Shown one piece after another: positions 27,121 to 33,959 of a stretch of 64,000 nt of DNA. The first letter of the stretch is position 1. Each line of letters opens with the position of its first letter. A program made the translations under genes and the position numbers. Below the pieces are notes generated by a model that was given only the letters and a program-made list of their open reading frames with translations, was not told the origin of the DNA and did no database searches. Origin of the DNA: an uncultured Chloroflexia bacterium. GTDB lineage: Bacteria > Chloroflexota > Limnocylindria > Limnocylindrales > CSP1-4. The stretch covers positions 69,481 to 133,480 of the forward strand of contig CAVUSH010000002.1 in assembly GCA_963744095.1 (NCBI GenBank). Reading direction: 5' to 3'.

Positions 27121-27192
27121 GCGCCCCGGTCGCCCGGTGCGCGTCCCATCCCGCAAACGGAGCGGAGCGCCCGGTGCGGAGGCGGGGGCCGT
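27121..27192 (-). repeat. R repeat copy R1
   Basis: Minus strand: GGCCCCCGCCUCCGCACCGGGCGCUCCGCUCCGUUUGCGGGAUGGGACGCGCACCGGGCGACCGGGGCGC. It directly follows the stop of the lipoprotein gene. Confidence 0.7.
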
Positions 27193-27203
27193 GGTGAACG
27201 GCC

Positions 27204-27821
27204 CTATTGGTTCGCCCTGATCAGTGCCGTGACCATGGCCTTCGCGTCTTTCGCCGTCGTCCCGAAGACCGCGACGACACCCTCGCCCCGTTTGTAGATG
27301 GCAAAGTACTGTCCCGACGTGCTGACCAGCCTAACCGGCTCTGCGAGGATCGTCGCCTTCGTGACGGTGCCGTCCGAGCCCCCCATGCTCGCGGCCATGG
27401 AGTCGAGAAAGCCCGGCTGATCGAGGATCGCGCCAGCCCCCGGGAACTCCAGGACGAGGGCATATCCCACGGGCGTCGTGCCATTCATGACCTGGCGCAT
27501 ACCGATCCTCAGCACCTCGGCCAGGCTGCCGAGGCTCGTCGCGAACCCGGTTTCCAGCATGGCCGCCGTCGCCTCGTCCAGTGGCGCGAGGATGTATGGG
27601 GCCCCGATCTTGAGATTGGCGCTCGGGTCAACCTTCGGTGTCGGCGTCGGTGTCGGTGTCGGCGTCGGGGTGGGTGTCGGCGTCGGCGTCGGTGTCGGGG
27701 TGGGTGTCAGCGTCGGGGCTGGCGAAGGGGTCACCGCTGGACTTGTCGCCCCACACGCGGCGAGCAGCGCAATCACCATCAGAACGACGAAAGACGCCCT
27801 GGCCTTGTCGCGCCGGTTCAT
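27204..27821 (-). CDS. Lipoprotein with (Thr-Pro)n linker
   Basis: ATG is preceded by GGAGGAG. Signal peptide with lipobox LLAAC, then [25 protein letters not shown] and a globular domain. Confidence 0.75.
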   Translation of the reverse strand: [205 protein letters not shown]

Positions 27822-27960
27822 GGCACGCTCCTCCACCGTGCCCGCAGGTCGGACTCGGCAGTGGCTCGGCGCGGTCCCGGCGGGCAAGTCGTGAACCACG
27901 CGTCAATCCCGCTCCCGGGCACGATCTCCGACTGCGGCGCAGTCCGTCGAGAGCCAACCA

Positions 27961-28031
27961 GCCCCCGGTCGCCCGGTGCGCGTCCCATCCTCCGAACAGA
28001 GCGGAGCGTCCAGTGCGGAGGCGGGGGCCGT
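27961..28031 (-). repeat. R repeat copy R2
   Basis: Minus strand: CGGCCCCCGCCUCCGCACUGGACGCUCCGCUCUGUUCGGAGGAUGGGACGCGCACCGGGCGACCGGGGGCUG. It sits between the 82-aa ORF stop and the lipoprotein gene. Confidence 0.75.
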
Positions 28032-28040
28032 CAGGGTTAC

Positions 28041-28289
28041 CTAGGTGCGCCTCTCGCCGCCTCCGCTCGGCGCGTCCAGATCGCCGTCGATGATCCGGAG
28101 CGCTTCGTCCCGCGTGATGACGTCAAGCGGCGGATCCCCGCCGAGCCCGGTGAGCTTCCCGTACATGCCGGGGAAGTCGACCCACTTGTCGATCGAGCGA
28201 TCGTAGATCGCGATCGAAAGCGCGTCGGGGGTCCGGACGATGCGGGCGACCGAGCTGCGGAACCGGTAGAACGTCGTCGAGTCCGGCAT
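28041..28289 (-). CDS. Hypothetical small protein (82 aa)
   Basis: ATG is preceded by GGAGG at 9 nt. No family recognised. Confidence 0.55.
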   Translation of the reverse strand: MPDSTTFYRFRSSVARIVRTPDALSIAIYDRSIDKWVDFPGMYGKLTGLGGDPPLDVITRDEALRIIDGDLDAPSGGGERRT

Positions 28290-28300
28290 CTCGATGTTCC

Positions 28301-28351
28301 TCCCGGTCGCGCCGCCGGCGCGGGAACGCGACGGAGCGCCGGGGTGCGAAG
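28301..28351 (-). repeat. R repeat copy R3 (diverged)
   Basis: Minus strand: CUUCGCACCCCGGCGCUCCGUCGCGUUCCCGCGCCGGCGGCGCGACCGGGAGG. Its 3' end supplies the GGAGG RBS of the 82-aa ORF. Confidence 0.55.
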
Positions 28352-28388
28352 ACGAGTAGATCGAGTAGATCGATAGGTGATGCCTACT

Positions 28389-29399
28389 TCAGCAGCCGCA
28401 GGCCATCTGTTTGTACGCGAACTTGACCGCGTCAGTCTTCGTGGAGTCGGCGATCGACCTGATCGTGATGAGGCGGGTCATGTTGCCACCCCCCGACGCG
28501 ATCCTGGCGCGGATGGCGTAGGTCGCGCCGGACGCCAATGAGGCGGTGCGGAAGCTGCCTGCGACGATCGACAAAGTGATGTTCGTTGTGCCGTGGAAGT
28601 AGGCCACCTTCCAGCCGCCGGTGGCGGCGCCGGTTGCCTTGATCTTGAAGCGGTCGGCCTTGGAGCCGTCATTCTGGATCGTGATGTCGAAGGTGTAGAA
28701 CGACCCTTCGACCTCGGCGAAGTTCTGGACCAAGGCCTTCTGGCCGGCGCCCGTCGTGTTGTAGACGTCGTCGCCGACGAACGTCTCGTGGTATCTCGTG
28801 GTCTTGCCGGGATAGCCGGAGGTTCCCAGCCGGATGCGGCCGTCGGGCTTGTGACCCGCCACACTCGCCGTGATCACGCAGCCTCCCGTCGAGATCTGCC
28901 ACCCTGCGCTACCAAGGGTCAGGCCCACCGTGATCTTGTATGGCTCCCCGAATACCTCGGTCACGACTACGGTGGCCGCAGTCCCGGAGATGGCGGCAGC
29001 GCCTGCCGTGACCGAATCCGGGATGGCCTGGGCGCACAAGACCGGGTCGGCCCCGCCGAACATCTGGCCGTCGTTGTAGTGCTCCGCCCAGTCGACAAAG
29101 GCCGGCGTGAGGTCCGGCCGGCCGCGGAGGTTGACGGCGCCGCCCTGAAGCTCGGCGATGTACCACGTGTAGAAGGACTGGACGACGGCCTGGGGGCCCG
29201 GCTCGGCCCCGTTCACGACGGGGATCTGGGACGAGGCGAGGATCGCGGCGGCCAGCAGGCCGACGATCAGGGAACGCCCGCGGGACGCTGTGACACGCAC
29301 TCGGGTGACGGCTCCCGACGCGGGGCGCGGCGGCGGCGCATGGACGTCCGTGGCATCGCCGCTCGCTGAGGCGCGTCGGATACGGCTCGTCACTTCCAA
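28389..29399 (-). CDS. Secreted hypothetical protein (336 aa)
   Basis: N-terminal basic region plus TM/signal segment (LIVGLLAAAILASS), beta-rich C-terminal domain, ending in ACGC. The start may be the GTG at 29393, after GAGAGGGGGG. Confidence 0.7.
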   Translation of the reverse strand: MEVTSRIRRASASGDATDVHAPPPRPASGAVTRVRVTASRGRSLIVGLLAAAILASSQIPVVNGAEPGPQAVVQSFYTWYIAELQGGAVNLRGRPDLTPAFVDWAEHYNDGQMFGGADPVLCAQAIPDSVTAGAAAISGTAATVVVTEVFGEPYKITVGLTLGSAGWQISTGGCVITASVAGHKPDGRIRLGTSGYPGKTTRYHETFVGDDVYNTTGAGQKALVQNFAEVEGSFYTFDITIQNDGSKADRFKIKATGAATGGWKVAYFHGTTNITLSIVAGSFRTASLASGATYAIRARIASGGGNMTRLITIRSIADSTKTDAVKFAYKQMACGC

Positions 29400-29585
29400 G
29401 CCCCCCTCTCTCTGGCATGCTCATGCCCGAACGGGGGGCCGGTCTCGCCATTGGCCAGCACGACGGTCGTGGCGACCGCATAGGACGCCGTGCCGATGGA
29501 GCCCGTGCTCCGCGCCTCGCTCCCGATCGGCGGAGTGTGCGCGCCTCGCCGCGGAATAGATAGCCGTCGATTTCACCGGCTCCGG

Positions 29586-29634
29586 GGCCCCTAGAGGCGC
29601 CCGGCGCGCGTCCATCCCACCGCTCGCGTGCGGC
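29586..29634 (-). repeat. R repeat copy R4 (internally deleted variant)
   Basis: Plus strand GGCGCCCGGCGCGCGTCCATCCC...GTGCGG aligns to both ends of the R element. The middle part is missing. Confidence 0.45.
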
Positions 29635-29695
29635 ATCGTCCACGGGCCCAGCGTACCGCCGGCGCGCCCCGGGGCGCGGAGCCTGGGTGGAATAG

Positions 29696-29760
29696 CCCGG
29701 CCCCCGGACGGAACGCCCCGTCCCCATCCTCTTGCGAGAGCGCGCAGGGCGGCCCGGAAC
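29696..29760 (-). repeat. R repeat copy R5 (diverged)
   Basis: Plus strand CCCGGCCCCCGGACGGAACGCCCCGTCCCCATCCTCTTGCGAGAGCGCGCAGGGCGGCCCGG aligns along R6. Confidence 0.5.
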
Positions 29761-29894
29761 CGAGGGCCGCGGTGAGTCAGAGGCGGCGGCAAGTCGTGCC
29801 AGCGGTCGGGCGCAGCCCGGAACATGCCCTGGCGCACCACGAAGAGGACGGCGGATCCGCTCCCACTGCGCCGGCGCCTCGCCATGTTGGTGGG

Positions 29895-30209
29895 TCAGGG
29901 GAGAGACGTCGGGACCAGGGTTTCCGTACCCCAGTTCGCCAACACGATCGCGACCTCGACCACGATGACGGCGAACAGCACCAGGGCGACGATGATGAGG
30001 ATGGTTCCGAGCCTGCCTGCGTTCGCGCCGCCTCCCAAATGCAATAGACAGCCCACGCCGAGCGCGAACGCTGCCAGCACAGGGAGGCTGGACCAGCTGG
30101 ACGTCTCCCCGTGGAGGACGGGCGACAGTGTGATGACCAGAACGACCAGCGCCGCGATGGCACCGCCCACCGTGATCAGCCGTGGCCAGGTCTCCCGCAC
30201 GATTCTCAT
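29895..30209 (-). CDS. Small membrane protein (104 aa, 3 TM helices)
   Basis: Starts MRIVRETWPRLITVGGAIAALVVLVITL. The longer ORF start at 30263 lies inside repeat R6 and is less likely. RBS is weak. Confidence 0.55.
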   Translation of the reverse strand: MRIVRETWPRLITVGGAIAALVVLVITLSPVLHGETSSWSSLPVLAAFALGVGCLLHLGGGANAGRLGTILIIVALVLFAVIVVEVAIVLANWGTETLVPTSLP

Positions 30210-30234
30210 GGTGCCACGGCTACAGCCCTTCGTC

Positions 30235-30300
30235 GGCCCCCGGACGCCCGGCGCGCGTCCCATCCTCCGAGGAGAGCGGAGCGCCCGGTGCGGAGTCCGC
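30235..30300 (-). repeat. R repeat copy R6
   Basis: Minus strand: GCGGACUCCGCACCGGGCGCUCCGCUCUCCUCGGAGGAUGGGACGCGCGCCGGGCGUCCGGGGGCC. It ends 23 nt upstream of the membrane-protein ATG. Confidence 0.7.
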
Positions 30301-30472
30301 TTTTGCGCTACTTGATGCAGTCGGAGACGCCCTCCGAACCCTTCGCGACAACGACCGCATCGGGACCGAGCACGCCCCAGCTGTTGTGTTCGTTCGCAAC
30401 GCTACTCACCGCTAGGGATGCTTTCGGGGTGAGCCACCAAGAGCCCCGGAGTTCGTGGATGCGTCGCTCCAA

Positions 30473-30787
30473 TCATGCGGTTGCGCGGAGATCGGGCGAG
30501 GGATCGCTCACGAAGGCGCGACTATGCGACGCTGGCGCGCTCGAGGTCGGAGACGTCGCTCCCCTCGGGCGGGACTCGAACGCCTCGAGGCCGCTCTCGT
30601 CGATCAGGGCCCGCTCCGCGTCGCTGATGGGCACGAGCATCAGCACGTGGCCGACGATGCGCGAGCACTCGACGTGGAAGAGGGCCCCGTCGCCCAACTG
30701 GGGCGCGGTGAGCCCCATCGCAGTCTTGCCGAAGCGCCGGGCGATCTCACCCAGAGACTCGCGACCGCTGAACGTGTTGCCGATCAC
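30473..30787 (-). CDS. Hypothetical protein (104 aa), possibly a remnant
   Basis: GTG start with GGAGGAG 12 nt upstream. The low-complexity Ser/Pro C-terminus suggests decay. Confidence 0.4.
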   Translation of the reverse strand: MIGNTFSGRESLGEIARRFGKTAMGLTAPQLGDGALFHVECSRIVGHVLMLVPISDAERALIDESGLEAFESRPRGATSPTSSAPASHSRAFVSDPSPDLRATA

Positions 30788-30837
30788 GAGCGCGGCCGGC
30801 TCCTCCGCGAGCTCGCCGGCGAGCGAGGCCTCGGGTT

Positions 30838-30916
30838 GCTCCCGAGGGCCTCATTCGTGCTCAGCGAGTGGTCGGGGTGCCGCGATTCGAACGCGGGACC
30901 TCCTGAACCCCATTCA
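30838..30916 (-). repeat. Right 79-bp direct repeat (3' 48 nt of the intact tRNA-Pro plus 31-nt trailer)
   Basis: Identical to 26994-27072. The hairpin left arm here is imperfect (one C missing), so this copy looks element-supplied. Confidence 0.85.
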
Positions 30917-30945
30917 GGTGCGCTACCAAGCTGCGCCACACCCCG
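30869..30945 (-). tRNA. tRNA-Pro (anticodon GGG), CCA encoded
   Basis: Reverse complement: acceptor CGGGGTG/CACCCCG, D arm GCGC-AGCTTGGTA-GCGC. Anticodon stem CCTGA/TCAGG with loop ATGGGGT. T arm CCGCG-TTCGAAT-CGCGG, then A-CCA. Confidence 0.9.
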
Positions 30946-30984
30946 ACAGGTCGAAGAATAGCAGAGCGCCGCGCGGCGCCTGCG

Positions 30985-31701
30985 TCAGCGCGGGTCGGCG
31001 TGGGCGTCACTCGCATGGGCGCCCGCCTCCTCGGTCAACCGCACCGGATCGACGATCGCGACCTCGTCGCGCGAGATGTCGATCAGCCCTTCCTCGTGGA
31101 GCTGGCGGAGGTTGCGGGTCACGACCTCGCGCACCGACCCGATGGTGTCAGCCAGCTCCTGCTGGCTCGCGTGAACGACCAGGTTGGGGCCATCGCCGGC
31201 GGTCGCCAGCAGCAGCAGCTGATGAGCCAGGCGCTGGCGGACCGTGAGGAAGGCCTGCTCCGAGATGTCGTCGAGGGCGCGGTACAGCTGCCGCGTCAGC
31301 TCCTCGGCGCAGGCACGGGCGACGCCCGGATCGGTCGCCAGCAGGGTGCGCAGCGACTCGACGCGAAGGGCCACGACCTGCGCGCTCGTCATCGCCTCGA
31401 TGCTCATGGGCGCCGGGCCGCCCAGCACCAGCGGTAGCCCGGCCACGTCGCCGCTGTGCGCGTAGCGAACGGTGACCTGCCGTCCGCCGACGGACGTGAG
31501 AAAGACCCGCAGGAGCCCCTTGACGACCACGATCAGGCGCGGGCTTTCCTCATCGCGGTAGACGAGCGCCCCTGCCGGCAGGTTGATGCGGATCGCCTCG
31601 TGCAGCAGGCGCTCGGCGGCCTCCCGGGGGAGCGCGAAGAGGAAGCCGCCCTCGAGCCCTGCGAGAGCCAGCTCGTCGAGCGCGCCTGCCTGGTGCTCCA
31701 T
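30985..31701 (-). CDS. Crp/Fnr family transcriptional regulator
   Basis: N-terminal cNMP-binding fold (LIVVVKGLLRVF...GRQVTVRY), C-terminal HTH (SQQELADTIGSVREVVTRNLRQLHEEGLI). Confidence 0.85.
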   Translation of the reverse strand: MEHQAGALDELALAGLEGGFLFALPREAAERLLHEAIRINLPAGALVYRDEESPRLIVVVKGLLRVFLTSVGGRQVTVRYAHSGDVAGLPLVLGGPAPMSIEAMTSAQVVALRVESLRTLLATDPGVARACAEELTRQLYRALDDISEQAFLTVRQRLAHQLLLLATAGDGPNLVVHASQQELADTIGSVREVVTRNLRQLHEEGLIDISRDEVAIVDPVRLTEEAGAHASDAHADPR

Positions 31702-31801
31702 CGTCCGGGCCGCGCGGGCGGCCGACTGCGAATTCCGCGCCCACGATACGCCGGCGCACGGCCGAGCCCAAGAGCCGGATGGGTCGAACTGCCGTCGCCT
31801 G

Positions 31802-31817
31802 TGTGACCCAGGTCACC
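31802..31817. promoter_or_regulatory. Candidate CRP/FNR-type operator TGTGA-N6-TCAC(C)
   Basis: TGTGACCCAGGTCACC contains a perfect GTGAC/GTCAC inverted repeat. It is about 100 nt upstream of the crp-family start and about 115 nt upstream of the divergent DUF4177 gene. Confidence 0.5.
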
Positions 31818-31930
31818 CCTGCCGTGCACCTGCATCACCGACGCGCGCTCACGGCCGGCCCATGCTCACGTGGTGGTCGCAGGACGCGGAGGGCCCGCGG
31901 CCCGACCGCGGAAGAAGGCCAGGGACCAAC

Positions 31931-32371
31931 ATGGTCATGACAGGGAAGGTGATGCCGTCGGCCCACGCGGTCGACTATCGCATCGAGCGCCTGGCGATCC
32001 TCGAGCACCCGGAGGCCCACCTCGCGGAGGTCCTTGATCGGCTGAACGAGATGGGCAAGCAGGGCTGGCGCGTCGTCAGCGTCGACTTGACCCACCACCC
32101 GTCGTACTCGCCGGCGGCCCAGCCGACGATCCCGCTGCCCGTCCTGCTGGAGAAGCCTATCGGGGCGATCCGGCCCGTGGAGTACCGCATCGAGCGCATG
32201 CCGTTCCAGGAGCACCCGGAGGCGCACATCTCCGAGCTGGTCGAGCGGCTCACCGAGCTGGGGAAGCAGGGCTGGCGTGTCGCGAGCGTCGACCTGACCC
32301 ACCACCCGTCGTACTCGCCGGCGGCCCAGCCGAGCACGCCGTTGCCGGTGCTGCTGGAGCGCGAGACCTGA
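31931..32371 (+). CDS. Tandem-duplicated DUF4177 domain protein
   Basis: Two ~65-aa repeats (YRIERLAILEHPEAHLAEVLDRLNEMGKQGWRVVSVDLTHHPSYSPAAQP and YRIERMPFQEHPEAHISELVERLTELGKQGWRVASVDLTHHPSYSPAAQP). An alternative ATG at 31952 has a better RBS. Confidence 0.7.
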   Translation: MVMTGKVMPSAHAVDYRIERLAILEHPEAHLAEVLDRLNEMGKQGWRVVSVDLTHHPSYSPAAQPTIPLPVLLEKPIGAIRPVEYRIERMPFQEHPEAHISELVERLTELGKQGWRVASVDLTHHPSYSPAAQPSTPLPVLLERET

Positions 32372-32444
32372 CGGAGGCCCCAGCGTCCCCGGGACAGCCA
32401 CACGAGAGCCCGGCCGTCGGCCGGGCCCTCGTCGTGATCGGCGC

Positions 32445-33959
32445 TCAGCGGCGGCGCGTGCTCCCGGACCGTCCTCCCCCACTCCGCGAAGCGGGACGGT
32501 TCCGCCGCGGCCGCTCGGCGCCGCGGTTGCGGAAGACGAGCTTGAGGGGCGTTCCGTTGAAGCCGAGCACGTCGCGGATCCGGTTCTCGAGGTAGCGCCG
32601 GTAGCTGAAGTGGATCAGCTCGGCGTCGTTGGCGAAGAAGATGAACGTCGGTGGCTCGATCGCGGCCTGCGTCGCGTAGAAGAGCTTGGGCCGGCGGTTC
32701 TTGGCCACCGGGGGGACCTGGCGAGCGGTCGCCTCCGCCAGCAGCCGGTTGAGCTCCCCGGTCCCGATCCGCTTCCGTCGCTCGCCCCAGACGTCCACGG
32801 CCATCTCGAGCACCCGCTCGACGCGCTGGCCGGTCCTGGCGCTGATCGAGACGACCGGGGCGAACGAGAGGAACGGCGCGTCGCGCCGGATCCAGGAGAC
32901 GAACTGGTCGAAGGTGCGATCGGTCTTGCCCTCGACGAGGTCCCACTTGTTGACGGCGATCACGAGGCCCTTGCCCGCGTCGATCGTGTACCCGGCAACG
33001 TGGGCATCCTGCGCGGTGAGCCCCTCGACCGCGTCGATCACGAGAACCGTGATGTCGGCCCGGTCGATCGCCTTGAGCGCCCGCAGCGTGGAGTAGCGCT
33101 CGGCCGCCGGACCGGACGCGACCTTGCCCCGCCGCCGGATCCCCGCCGTGTCGACGAGCACGACCTCGCCCTGCCCGTAGGCCAGCCGGGTGTCGAACGC
33201 GTCTCGGGTGGTTCCCGGAATCTCCGACACGATGGCCCGTTCTTCCCCGAGGAGGGCATTGAGCAGGCTCGACTTCCCGACGTTCGGCCGCCCGACGAAC
33301 GCGATCGTCACCGGCCCGGGAGGGATCCCCTCGTCGAAGCCACCATCTTCGGGCTCGAGGCCCTCCGCCAGCTCGTCGGCGATCAGGTCCGCCTCGCGAT
33401 CGGTGGCGACATCGCGGGCCTTCCGGGCGAGCTCCGCCTCGCTCTCCGGTGGGAGGGACTCCACGATCTCGTCGAGGAGATCGGCGACGCCGCGGCCGTG
33501 AGCCGCGCTGATCGGCCAGGTCTCGTCCCAGCCAAGCGCCCAGAACTCGGCGGCATCCAGCTCCCGCTTCGCGTTGTCGGCCTTGTTCACGGCGACGAAG
33601 ACGGGCGCCGTTGCCCGGCGGAGCGTCTCGGCGGCCTCCTGGTCGGCCGGGGTGAGACCAGCCGTCGCATCGACGACGAAGACGATGACATCGGCCTCGG
33701 CGATCGCGATGCGCGCCTGATCCTGCACGCGCTCCTCGATCGCGTCGCCCGGAGCAGCCTCGAGGCCGCCGGTGTCCACGGCGAGGTAGCGGCGCCCGTT
33801 CCACTCCCCTTCCCCGTAGATGCGGTCGCGGGTGGTCCGGGCGCGGTCCTCGACGATGGCCGCCCGTCCGTCGCCCACGACACGGTTGAAGAGGGTGCTC
33901 TTGCCGACGTTCGGGCGCCCGACGATGGCGACGACGGGGAGGAAGCCGATCCCGGTCAC
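32445..33959 (-). CDS. der: Ribosome-biogenesis GTPase Der (EngA)
   Basis: Two GTPase domains, each with GRPNVGKS plus a DTAG/DTGG motif, then a KH-like C-terminus and a basic tail. The GTG start overlaps the ispH stop (GTGA). Confidence 0.9.
   Translation of the reverse strand: MTGIGFLPVVAIVGRPNVGKSTLFNRVVGDGRAAIVEDRARTTRDRIYGEGEWNGRRYLAVDTGGLEAAPGDAIEERVQDQARIAIAEADVIVFVVDATAGLTPADQEAAETLRRATAPVFVAVNKADNAKRELDAAEFWALGWDETWPISAAHGRGVADLLDEIVESLPPESEAELARKARDVATDREADLIADELAEGLEPEDGGFDEGIPPGPVTIAFVGRPNVGKSSLLNALLGEERAIVSEIPGTTRDAFDTRLAYGQGEVVLVDTAGIRRRGKVASGPAAERYSTLRALKAIDRADITVLVIDAVEGLTAQDAHVAGYTIDAGKGLVIAVNKWDLVEGKTDRTFDQFVSWIRRDAPFLSFAPVVSISARTGQRVERVLEMAVDVWGERRKRIGTGELNRLLAEATARQVPPVAKNRRPKLFYATQAAIEPPTFIFFANDAELIHFSYRRYLENRIRDVLGFNGTPLKLVFRNRGAERPRRNRPASRSGGGRSGSTRRR

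Larger units (their letters stand above)
27073..30868 (-). mobile_element. 3.8-kb tRNA-Pro-associated island (integrase-less); five small co-oriented ORFs separated by R repeats
   Basis: Bounded by perfect 79-bp direct repeats, one of them part of the intact tRNA-Pro gene. The cargo is unrelated small secreted or membrane proteins. Confidence 0.55.

Noticed and set aside
27636-27718. Short tandem repeats that might be taken for a CRISPR array or minisatellite.
   Set aside because: - The unit is only 6 nt, with no spacers.
- The tract lies in frame inside a lipoprotein gene, where it encodes a Thr-Pro linker.
27961-28031. The R repeat as a known riboswitch, compared from memory with c-di-GMP-I, ZTP/pfl, SAM, glycine, cobalamin, guanidine and ydaO.
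   Set aside because: - I could not match the conserved cores of those classes.
- Copies occur after genes as well as before them, including one copy with no downstream gene.
- This needs a cmscan to be certain.
29421-29885. A 154-aa minus-strand ORF filling the gap between island genes.
   Set aside because: - It is Arg/Gly/Pro-rich.
- It is composed largely of R4 and R5 repeat sequence.
- It has no RBS.
27121-30300. A classical integron cassette array with canonical attC sites.
   Set aside because: - No GTTRRRY / RYYYAAC core sites were seen at the repeat ends.
- No intI gene, attI site or Pc promoter is in the window.
- The idea is kept only as an architectural analogy in the findings.
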